In this document: piece by piece, positions 31,801 through 39,409 of the stretch
Numbering within the stretch: the stretch's first letter is position 1
How the letters are laid out: each line of letters opens with the position of its first letter
Origin: Planctomycetota bacterium
GTDB taxonomy: Bacteria > Planctomycetota > Planctomycetia > Pirellulales > Lacipirellulaceae
Reading direction: 5' to 3'
DNA length: 64,000 nt
Assembly (NCBI GenBank): GCA_039190745.1
Contig: JBCCXZ010000002.1
Span: 1 to 64,000, forward strand
Notes under the pieces: model-generated
The model's database searches: none
What the model was told of the DNA's origin: nothing
Seen by the model: only the letters and a program-made list of their open reading frames with translations
Translations under genes and position numbers: made by a program

Positions 31801-33158
31801 ACAACACAGTCTGACTCTGACAGACTTTCACCTTCAATACTTTTTTTGACTGCTTCGATACTTCGCTCTTCTAACTCAGGAACACTAAGCAGAAGGTGGT
31901 TTGTTGCTACGTACTTGGCTATCTCTATCAGGGTGACTTTGTCTTTATTCTCCTGTTCCTCGCTCATCGCGTCAGTTTGTAATAACTGCTCAGAAGGCGC
32001 CGCAGACTCCACCCCTGCTTTACTTGAGCTCTTGCAATCCAATTCAGGGAAAGCTCTACGCAACTCCTGGATCTGCTTCTTCAATTGAATTCCATTGCTC
32101 TTGTTCTCCTCGATCTCGTTGTAGAGTGTGCTATTCTCATCCACCTTGTTACCCAGCTCTTCTGTTGCTGATCCCAATGCAGCTTCCTTGCACTTGATCA
32201 GCTTCTCAGTATCTTTGATTTCGGAAGCGAGCTTCTTTCTTCCTGCCATGATCTCGCAACGAGTACGCACCTTCCAAGTCTTTTGCTCCACCATCTTCAC
32301 CATGGGCAGGCGGAGCTGGTCAACAAGGTCGTTGATAACCAAGTTTCGGAAAGTGGTCGGCAGCAGGTCGTCGCTCAGTACTGGCTCGGCCGTGATGGTG
32401 ATCTCGGCCCCCCAACCCTTGCGGGTGAGCTTACCGGGGAGGACCGAGACGGGCATCCGGACTAGGTTGAGCGCGTAGCCTGGCGAGTCACTCGTATCGT
32501 CGCCTTCGTTAATGCGGCGTAGCTCGTGCAAGTGATTCACGTAGCGTGAGAGCTGGTCGAGGTAGACCGTGGGTTCTACGTCGATTTTCTCGCCCCCTGC
32601 AAAGCGGCTGAGGTCGAGTTGCGCCTTGCTGGGACTGGTGCCATCAAGATCCTGACGAAGGGCCTGCAGGTCTTCGGTGAACGGAACCAGACTCTGCTGG
32701 ACAACCTTGGTCTCGACTTCAGTTTCGGGGTTGGTCGTTGTGGTCTCTTTGGTGGAAGTGGCGTTGCCTAATGCCACCGCCGCTGAGGCGAACGACTGGT
32801 CCGACTGGCGGATCGCGGCGTTGAGCTTGAACTCGAACTGGTTCAGTTCCTGGTAGAGGATCCGCTCGTATTCGTCCCGGTGCTTGGTGAGCCGGGCTTC
32901 GCCCCAGATGTCGGGCTGCTTGGCGACCACCGAGCCGTACTTGTCGATGTGGTGCTCGAGCCAGTCGATGTTCTCGGCGAGCTGCTCGACCGCGCCGTCT
33001 TTGCAGGTGGCCGGCTCGGTGCCGTGGTATTCCTTCTCCTGGGCGAGGCGGACGACGCGGCCGAAGAAGTGGTCGGCGCGGCAGTCGGTCGCCAGCAGGG
33101 TCTGGAGCGTGAAGCTCAACAGCAGCAGTTGAGTCGTGGTCTCGCGGATTCGGCGCAT
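28881..33158 (-). CDS. Large (~1425 aa) secreted hypothetical protein with coiled-coil insert, IPT/TIG-like segment and Cys-rich regions
   Basis: Single uninterrupted ORF. Start refined to MRRIRE... with a signal-peptide-like segment. TLFLVGDNFS...VIAGG...VTIP resembles an IPT/TIG strand pattern. Confidence 0.75.
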   Translation of the reverse strand: MRRIRETTTQLLLLSFTLQTLLATDCRADHFFGRVVRLAQEKEYHGTEPATCKDGAVEQLAENIDWLEHHIDKYGSVVAKQPDIWGEARLTKHRDEYERILYQELNQFEFKLNAAIRQSDQSFASAAVALGNATSTKETTTTNPETEVETKVVQQSLVPFTEDLQALRQDLDGTSPSKAQLDLSRFAGGEKIDVEPTVYLDQLSRYVNHLHELRRINEGDDTSDSPGYALNLVRMPVSVLPGKLTRKGWGAEITITAEPVLSDDLLPTTFRNLVINDLVDQLRLPMVKMVEQKTWKVRTRCEIMAGRKKLASEIKDTEKLIKCKEAALGSATEELGNKVDENSTLYNEIEENKSNGIQLKKQIQELRRAFPELDCKSSSKAGVESAAPSEQLLQTDAMSEEQENKDKVTLIEIAKYVATNHLLLSVPELEERSIEAVKKSIEGESLSESDCVVLAEQIAKALKSWEEEHYRLSERIRKIEQGKPDATKIIEELRGKVEQTEDELVGLRATLTEKKLKEKEMSGADKKAKETLELAKIVTSSLSSSRSRRARHPLPPTQAIQVLDIHSLKKAALEFCGGYQGRHTRWAGYKDCDDKKSTKETRVHVVDAQRWLQAEIEGAYELLSDRQHTWLWYRLAHPDSGLVAAIHGRHIDKCVKDENQEDKHAYAHAKPTVESLRNHFFKALQSRHDKGGHVDQALALDLLGNTKERHARNTTEALAWAIVVESALLNHQLNEDIRKTAVARECHCINIGQQDMVFFLPASSSRADSQFSEEFMAATKVFQDYVRCRWPIHVFALDPVAQDQNVADFSARRRELQLALSLGFVKGEIGANALMNHSRQLETDIETISLNRTIAGFGHGNDTFGWRFYPRVQTLDQPGAVGSVWQSFRGTPRDHDLRKRQLEQGMRECVAIVLMPSFVPYADFDVRSNWFRLTNPKNAALTMKDTVRLSRAVTAMERSKAQCAQCAHHYRDGEVRRLLKRVHQLDRELPLQTMRSQIPYENTLGGFEMFNTGVTDLAPELIGWYGAPGVVVADDLDNRYHCGCYSDCEYCREGGISCERTPVGFSSLTQTSDLSQKAQPFPLCDGEGTTLFLVGDNFSVHDTKVIAGGVCIPHVRLISREIMRVTIPSCVNKVNVRGKDYVALYASTPYGVTNHLHVPVHSRKLDKATKTAIAAEVEKQIKDRKIPKAEFIVKPSDSEVTKLKVEALCEGSTKRVGDLSFRLMPGEKVPGLKYTVENALGYVGRNQEAVFKAAVYNGQFFKPLFCVKTVESLESEGSIPSSDLEKLFDAIDDNSIVEHLKKAVGYEKLSKDGKVTVKLVFFVELKSNGKKAGCPPQKVPEEIDIEVSLACKCCDTPAAGSPTGESEDKPAAGDDSAPEDVPVDEPVMPAPAEDALLPAPGDSEASSGEACGSCNSLRVIEGVFR

Positions 33159-33470
33159 CTCTTCTCTCCAGTTTTGAAGTCCGAGGGCGGGTCCGTGGTC
33201 GGATTGGAATTGGTCGTTTGACGCTTGGGCGGTTTGTACCGGTTGCGCGGCGGCCGTTGATTGCGGCGAGCCGGCAAAGCCAGAAGGTGGCTCGCCACCA
33301 TTTGGTACAAGGGCAGGTATCGGAAACCGAGTAACGGTTTCATTCGGCAAACGCCGAATCTTCATCACAAGAGAAGTGATCACCCCAACCCGCAAAAAAG
33401 AAGTGCGGGTCAGGTAAACCAGGTCGACGGAATGGCCGGATCGAGGGTGCCGATCGGACGGTGATGGTGG

Positions 33471-33971
33471 CTAGCCGTCGATGGCGGGCCTCTCACGGTC
33501 GGGCGTGCTGTCGACGACTTGTGCATCGACGACGACCGATCTCGGCCCGGCTTGGCTACCGTAGACGTGCGTCTCGCCGGAGGCGTCGGTCCATGCCGCC
33601 GTGGTCGACACTTGGACGCTGCTCGAGAACCAGCGGCGGATCAGGCGGCGGACGAGCGTCCGGACGGGCGGCAGCAGCAGCGACAGGCCGACCGCGTCGG
33701 TGAGCACGCCGGGGGTGACCAGCAGCAGGCCCGCGGCGAGGATGAGCACGCCGTCGAACACTGCGGCTGCTGGGAGCATCCCCTGCTTCATCTCCGACTG
33801 GATCCGGGACATCGCCTGCCAGCCCTGCCAGCGGGCGAGCGAGGCGCCGGCGAAGCCGGTAAGGATCACCAGCGCGAAGGTGTTGAACGCGCCGAGCCGC
33901 TCGCCGATCTGCAGCAGCAGCCACAACTCGACAAACGGGACGACGGTAAACAGCAGGAGCAGAAGGGGCAT
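33471..33971 (-). CDS. fxsA: FxsA family membrane protein
   Basis: VPFVELWLL...G LARWQG...LLLVTPGVLTDAVG. Confidence 0.9.
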   Translation of the reverse strand: MPLLLLLFTVVPFVELWLLLQIGERLGAFNTFALVILTGFAGASLARWQGWQAMSRIQSEMKQGMLPAAAVFDGVLILAAGLLLVTPGVLTDAVGLSLLLPPVRTLVRRLIRRWFSSSVQVSTTAAWTDASGETHVYGSQAGPRSVVVDAQVVDSTPDRERPAIDG

Positions 33972-34058
33972 GCGTGGTTCCGGCGGGGGCGGGGATCTGC
34001 CTTAAGTCTCGCGGGTGCGGGCCGGGCGGCAAGGGCAGTTGCAGCCGTGAGAAATAAA

Positions 34059-34075
34059 GTGTATACATGTTCACA
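34059..34075. promoter_or_regulatory. Imperfect palindrome, candidate SOS/LexA-type operator
   Basis: GTGTATACATGTTCACA in an AT-rich patch immediately before the radical SAM start. Confidence 0.5.
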
Positions 34076-34076
34076 T

Positions 34077-35177
34077 ATGTTGTTTCGCCCCGACAACCGC
34101 CCGCCCGGAGACCTGATCCGAGGCCGCGGCGCCCAGTCCCGGCCAGCGAACCCGCACCTACGGACCAACCTTGAGGCCGATCTTGAACAGGTAGCCGGAG
34201 ACGACGAGTACCTGGCGGAGCTGGGCAAACCGCCCACGGTGTACCTCAGCGACGAGTCGCAGTCGCTGGTTACGGAGAACCGGAGCCCGGACATCAACTT
34301 CCGCTACAGCGTGAACCCCTACCGGGGGTGCAGCCACGGGTGCAGCTATTGCTACGCGCGGCCGACGCACGAGTACCTGGGGATGAACGCGGGGCTCGAC
34401 TTCGAGACGCGGGTGCTGGTGAAGCACCGGGCGCCGCAGCTGTTTCGGCGGTGGCTGGCCCGGCCGTGTTGGGCGCCCGAGCCGATCGCGTTCTCGGGGG
34501 TGACCGACTGCTACCAACCCGCCGAGCGTGAGTTCCGGCTGACGCGGGGCTGTTTGGAGGTAGCACTCGAGTGCCGGCAGCCGGTGATGGTCATTACCAA
34601 GAATGCGCTCGTTGTGCGCGACCTGGACCTGCTAGGGGAGTTGGCCAATTGGCGGCTGGCCAAGGTCGCGGTGAGCGTCACCACGCTCGATGATGCGCTG
34701 GCGCGTGACATGGAACCCCGCACGAGCAGCCCGCCGGCACGGCTGCGGGCGATCGGCGAGCTCGCCGCGGCGGGCGTGCCGACGATGGTGATGGTCGCCC
34801 CGGTGATCCCGGGGCTGAACGATTCGGAGATACCCGCGATTCTTGAGGCGGCCGCCGAAGCAGGGGCCCGCGGTGCTTCCTACGTGCTGCTGCGACTGCC
34901 GACGACCGTGGAGCCGGTGTTCATGGACTGGCTCCGCCGGGCGCGTCCGAACTTCACCTCGCGGGTGGAGCACCACGTGCGCTCGACCCGCGGCGGCCAG
35001 ATGTACCAGAGTCGGTTCGGGCTGCGCGGCCGTGGGAGCGGCCCGATGGCCGAGCAGATCGCCCAGGCGTTCGGAGTGTTTGCCAAGCGGTACGGGCTGG
35101 CTGGGGAAACGGCGCCCCTGGACTGCAGCCTGTTCCAACCGCCCTCGTCCGGTCCGGGGCAGCGGATGATGTTCTAA
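34077..35177 (+). CDS. PA0069/Rv2578c family radical SAM protein (SplB-like)
   Basis: GRGAQS, NPYRGCSHGCSYCYARPTHEYL (CxxxCxxC), TDCYQPAE, MEPR and APVIPGLND. Confidence 0.93.
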   Translation: MLFRPDNRPPGDLIRGRGAQSRPANPHLRTNLEADLEQVAGDDEYLAELGKPPTVYLSDESQSLVTENRSPDINFRYSVNPYRGCSHGCSYCYARPTHEYLGMNAGLDFETRVLVKHRAPQLFRRWLARPCWAPEPIAFSGVTDCYQPAEREFRLTRGCLEVALECRQPVMVITKNALVVRDLDLLGELANWRLAKVAVSVTTLDDALARDMEPRTSSPPARLRAIGELAAAGVPTMVMVAPVIPGLNDSEIPAILEAAAEAGARGASYVLLRLPTTVEPVFMDWLRRARPNFTSRVEHHVRSTRGGQMYQSRFGLRGRGSGPMAEQIAQAFGVFAKRYGLAGETAPLDCSLFQPPSSGPGQRMMF

Positions 35178-35345
35178 GCGGATGTTGTTTTTTGATTCGG
35201 GGTAGTGCTAGCAGATCGGCCGGCCTTGACCGGCGATGGCGATCGGCCTATTCCGTCCCAATGCGGCCGGATAGGTCTGGCCGCTGTAACGCGATCACCG
35301 CCGCCCGAACACCGACCGCCGCGCTCCGCGCCCGGCCCCATCGCC

Positions 35346-36536
35346 ATGACTACGACGCCCGCTGCCCCGTCCCGACCCAAGGTCCCGCTGCTGGACATCA
35401 AGCGGCAAAACGCCCCGCTTGAAGCGGAGATCGACCAAGCTATTGCGGAGGTCTGCCGCTCAGGCGCCTTCGTGCAGGGGCCCGCCTGCCGTGAGTTCGA
35501 GGAGGCGGTCGCCGACTACTGCGGCACGCTGCACGCGGTGGGCTGCGCTTCGGGCAGCGACGCGCTGCTGCTGGCCTTGATGGCCGTGGGCGTCGGCCCG
35601 GGCGACGAGGTGATTGTGCCGAGCTTCACGTTCTTCGCCACGGCCGGCTCGGTCTGGAGGTTGGGCGCCAAGCCAGTGTTTGCGGACATCGAGCCGGAAA
35701 CGTTCAACATCGACCCGGACGACGTTGCACGGAAGCTCACCCCGGCAACCAAAGCGATCATGCCGGTCCACCTCTTCGGGCAGTGCGCCGACATGGAGCG
35801 ACTCAAGGAGGTCGCCGGAGACCTGCCGATCCTGGAGGACGCTGCGCAGTCGATCGGGGCGGAGTTCCAGGGCCGGCGGGCGGGTTCGCTGGGCACGATG
35901 GGCTGCTTCTCGTTCTACCCGACAAAGAACCTCGGCGGCTTCGGCGACGGCGGAATGATCACCACCGACGACGACCAGCTCGCCGCGCAGCTCCGTGTGC
36001 TCCGCAACCACGGCCAACACCCGCAGTACTACCACAGCACGGTCGGCCTCAACAGTCGATTGGACGCGATCCAGGCAGCAGTCCTGAGCGTGAAGCTACG
36101 GCGCCTCGACGATTACGCCGCGGGCCGGCAGCGCCACGCTGAGGGGTATGCCGAGGCCTTCAAGGGACTCGGCGACTCGGTCATCGCGCCGGCGGTTGCC
36201 GACGGGTGCGTGAGCGTCTGGAATCAGTACACCGTCCGCGCCACAAGGGGCACGCGTGACGCGCTGAAGACTCACCTCGACTCCTGCGGGGTGGGGGCGG
36301 CCATCTACTACCCAGTCCCGCTGCACTTGCAGGACTGCTTCTCGGGGCTCGGTTACGAAACGGGCAGCCTGCCCGAGACCGAGCGGGCTGCCGACGAAGT
36401 GCTAAGCCTGCCGATCTTTGGTGAGCTCACCGCCGACGAGCACTCGCGAGTCGTCGCAGCTGTGAAAGAGTTCGCCGTGCGGGACGCCGGCACTCCCGAG
36501 CCCGACGGCCTTGGCCTCGACGAGCTTGCCGCGTAG
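35346..36536 (+). CDS. DegT/DnrJ/EryC1/StrS family PLP aminotransferase
   Basis: SGSDAL, PVHLFGQ, EDAAQS, SFYPTKNLG (PLP Lys) and NSRLDAIQA. Confidence 0.95.
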   Translation: MTTTPAAPSRPKVPLLDIKRQNAPLEAEIDQAIAEVCRSGAFVQGPACREFEEAVADYCGTLHAVGCASGSDALLLALMAVGVGPGDEVIVPSFTFFATAGSVWRLGAKPVFADIEPETFNIDPDDVARKLTPATKAIMPVHLFGQCADMERLKEVAGDLPILEDAAQSIGAEFQGRRAGSLGTMGCFSFYPTKNLGGFGDGGMITTDDDQLAAQLRVLRNHGQHPQYYHSTVGLNSRLDAIQAAVLSVKLRRLDDYAAGRQRHAEGYAEAFKGLGDSVIAPAVADGCVSVWNQYTVRATRGTRDALKTHLDSCGVGAAIYYPVPLHLQDCFSGLGYETGSLPETERAADEVLSLPIFGELTADEHSRVVAAVKEFAVRDAGTPEPDGLGLDELAA

Positions 36537-36698
36537 GGCGCTCCCAGGCCTAAGCCTGTTTGTGACGCTTGAAATCACGCTTGCGCCCGCTGGGCCTGAG
36601 GGCGGCGAGCGATCCTAAAATGAAGCAGAGCAGGATAATTCCCCAAGCCATGGGTGTTCCTCACAAGGTTGCGGTTAGCTGACAGACGTCTGGCCCGG

Positions 36699-37397
36699 TC
36701 AGCGGAGCGGGAAGAGAGGGGCGTCGCCGACGTTCTCTTCGATGAATTGCTGGATCGCCGTTTCCTGGTTGGCAAGCGTCTTCTCGACCGACTCGAGCAC
36801 GCGCCCATCGGCGTAGGCGTGGGCGAACCAGGGGGCGTCGGTCATGATCTCCTGCAGCAGCGATAACGTCACGCGGGTGGTCTTGGTTTCCGGGTCGCGT
36901 TCGAAGCGCGTGCCCATCTGGTATTCCAGCAGCCGCTCGGCGGGCTCTCGCAGGTCGACCTTCGAGTCGAGGCTGTCGGGCACAATCTCGACCCGTTGGT
37001 CGAGCGTCACAATGTGCTCACCAATGTAGTCGTCCTTCGTGCGAACCTTCAGCACGCCCTTGAGTTCGAGCCGCCAGTCGGGGTCGCTGGAGACGACGTT
37101 CTTGAGCAGGGCAGCGCCGAGGTTGTCGCTGTCGGTGCTGGCCGCCCCGTCGTCCCACTGCTGGTCGACGAACTCGCTGCCGCCGCCCATGGCGATAATC
37201 TGTTTAGCGCCGTCTTTGCGGACGAGCGTCTTGCGGACCTTGGTGAAGTCGTGCTCAATCATAAAAGTGCGCTCGGCGGATTGGGTCGTCGCGTACTGGC
37301 TGGGGACCACGAAGGCGCTGACGACGAGCCCGCCGAACATGAGCAGGGGGAAGCCCAGGAACCAGAACAGGATGATGGCCTTGCGTGGGAGCGGCAT
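36699..37397 (-). CDS. Hypothetical protein with N-terminal TM anchor
   Basis: 232-aa ORF with natural amino-acid composition and a hydrophobic N-terminus. Confidence 0.7.
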   Translation of the reverse strand: MPLPRKAIILFWFLGFPLLMFGGLVVSAFVVPSQYATTQSAERTFMIEHDFTKVRKTLVRKDGAKQIIAMGGGSEFVDQQWDDGAASTDSDNLGAALLKNVVSSDPDWRLELKGVLKVRTKDDYIGEHIVTLDQRVEIVPDSLDSKVDLREPAERLLEYQMGTRFERDPETKTTRVTLSLLQEIMTDAPWFAHAYADGRVLESVEKTLANQETAIQQFIEENVGDAPLFPLR

Positions 37398-37514
37398 GAT
37401 CTGAATCGGACGCAGCGGCGAATGGGCAAAAGTACTACTCTAACCCGCCTGGTCTGGGCCTGCCACAGACCCGGGGAAACGGCTCTCGGCTGTTAGGGCA
37501 GCGCTCTCGGGCGG

Positions 37515-38033
37515 TCAGCCAGTTGCGACCAGGCCGAGCAGCTCTGCGAAAGGGCGGGCCGCCTGCCGAAACACGGGCGTCGGCATCCGGACGGTCTGCC
37601 AGCGTTTGGAGAGTGGGCGGGCAAAGCGGACGTAGTCGGCCACCCGGACGCCCAGGAACGCGTAGCGCCGCTGCTCAAAGGCGTGGAGCTGATCGGCCCG
37701 GAGTGGCGCTCGTTCGCCGACCACATGGTAGGCAAACACGAGCAGCGCGCAGCTCGCGGGCCCGAGCTTCTCTTGCCAAGCCGCCAGGCCCCGGAGGTCG
37801 TCCCAGGTGGACCAGTTCCGCCAGTACTGAGGGTTGGCGGATCCAGAAGGGAACCTGCGTCCCTTCACGTCTAGCGGTAACGGGGTCGCGTCGGAGGGCG
37901 AGACGATGAAGTCGACGTTCTTCAGCGAGCCGTGGGCGTCGAGGCTCCGCCGTGTTTCGTCGACCGCCACGTAAGGGACCCGGTGGGCGCGGAGGTACGC
38001 TTCGAATGCCCGCTCGTAGTGGTTGGTGCGCAC
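37515..38033 (-). CDS. HYExAFE family protein (PD-(D/E)xK-like)
   Basis: GTG start, then NHYERAFEAYLR...YVAVDE...SLKNVDFIV...LDVKGRRF. Confidence 0.85.
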   Translation of the reverse strand: MRTNHYERAFEAYLRAHRVPYVAVDETRRSLDAHGSLKNVDFIVSPSDATPLPLDVKGRRFPSGSANPQYWRNWSTWDDLRGLAAWQEKLGPASCALLVFAYHVVGERAPLRADQLHAFEQRRYAFLGVRVADYVRFARPLSKRWQTVRMPTPVFRQAARPFAELLGLVATG

Positions 38034-38146
38034 GTTGCAGTCGCCTCGCCGTGCCAGGGTTTCGCCGGGGCAGCTGGCTGCCGCCCGGGCGGATTCTGGC
38101 GCGCGGCGGTCAGGGCGTCCAGCCGGGCGAACACCCCAAACGGGCG

Positions 38147-38665
38147 TTACAGCAACGCCTTCAGCGCGGCTTGGGCCGCCTCGTAGTCCGGCTCCTCGGC
38201 CACCTCGGTGACGTACTCCGCGTGCGTCACCTTGCCTTCGGCGTCGAGGACGAAGATCGAGCGGGCAAGGATCTTCAGCTCCTCGATGAGCGTGCCCCAG
38301 TTGTTGCCAAACGTGCGGTCCTGGTAGTCGCTCGCCGGGCGGATGTTGGTGATGTTCTCTGCGCCGCAGAAGCGGTTCATGGCAAAGGGCAGGTCGAGGC
38401 TGACGGTCACCGCGTTGATCTGGTCGCCCAGCTCGCCGAGGGCCTCGTTGAACTTCTTGGTCTGCGTCTGGCAAACCGGCGTGTCGAGCGAGGGCACGAC
38501 GCTGAGGATCGTCGGCTTGCCCTTCAGGTCGGCGGGCGTGAGCTCCTGCATGCCGCCCTCGAAGTAGTGGAGCTTGAAGTCGGGGGCGCTTTGGCCGGCC
38601 GAGACGGCCTCGCCGGCGAGGGTCATCGGGTTGCCTTTGAACGTAACCGCTCCTGGACGCGACAT
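38147..38665 (-). CDS. tpx: Thiol peroxidase (atypical 2-Cys peroxiredoxin)
   Basis: VTFKGNP, PSLDTPVC, SLDLPFAMNRFC and EPDYEAA. Confidence 0.95.
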   Translation of the reverse strand: MSRPGAVTFKGNPMTLAGEAVSAGQSAPDFKLHYFEGGMQELTPADLKGKPTILSVVPSLDTPVCQTQTKKFNEALGELGDQINAVTVSLDLPFAMNRFCGAENITNIRPASDYQDRTFGNNWGTLIEELKILARSIFVLDAEGKVTHAEYVTEVAEEPDYEAAQAALKALL

Positions 38666-38771
38666 GCGGGGGTCTCCTCGCCTGGGGTGTGCTTTGCTTG
38701 GCGGCGTCTGCGCTCTGCCGAGCGCCGCTCGCCGGCCGTGGCCCCGCAGTATGGGGGATTGCCGGCGGCTT

Positions 38772-39323
38772 TCAAGGGCCCGCGGCGTCTAGGTCGCCGA
38801 GGGCGGCCCGGTAGCAATGCTCGAACAGCAGCGCCCACTCGAGCCGCTGGGTCTCGACGCACCGCTCGGCGCCGCGGCCGCCGGCGGCCGCGGCTTCGCA
38901 GGCGTCGACGAACTCGGCGGGCGACCAACGCGGGTCGCCGCACGCAGCGGCAACCGCGGCAAAGACTGGGTGGTCGCCGCCGACGCGGCGGAACCAGTAC
39001 TTAGCGTTGGAGTAGTCGCCCTCGCGGCGGTGCATCACGCCGTGCCAGTAGCTGCCGTCGGGGGTTGAGACCCCCTGGCTGATGCTGTGGGACTCGTCCA
39101 GGTAACTGTGCAGCAGCCAAACGCCGGCGAGGCAGCAGTCGGCTGCGTCGTCGTCCACCAATAGAGCGTGGCCGAACGCGGCCTCGCGAGAGAGCGACCG
39201 GAGCGCACCCTGGACCGCACCATTGGGCGTGCCGGCGTCGAGCGGCATCGACGCGGCCGAATGGATGATCGGCGTGAAAACCGGCCCGTAGTCGTTGCCG
39301 TGCGTTAGGTCGGTGGCCGAGAT
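38772..39323 (-). CDS. Conserved hypothetical protein; probable ATC start at 39323, first ATG at 39248
   Basis: LDESHSISQ...GSYWHGVMHRREGDYSNAKYWFRRVG; a GAGGAG SD lies 7 nt before an in-frame ATC. Confidence 0.75.
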   Translation of the reverse strand: MSATDLTHGNDYGPVFTPIIHSAASMPLDAGTPNGAVQGALRSLSREAAFGHALLVDDDAADCCLAGVWLLHSYLDESHSISQGVSTPDGSYWHGVMHRREGDYSNAKYWFRRVGGDHPVFAAVAAACGDPRWSPAEFVDACEAAAAGGRGAERCVETQRLEWALLFEHCYRAALGDLDAAGP

Positions 39324-39409
39324 GGCGGTTCTCCTCGCGAAAGCCTGTGCCCTGGAGAGGCAGTGCGCCCTCGGGAGAGTGTCCCCGGCCGGGTTGCCGG
39401 CGGCAAGCC

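Noticed and set aside
33519..34076. 552-aa version of the radical SAM protein
   Set aside because: The extension is antisense to fxsA.
38034..38474. 319-aa version of the HYExAFE ORF or a tpx frameshift fusion
   Set aside because: An off-frame overlap with an intact tpx, and no slippery site seen.
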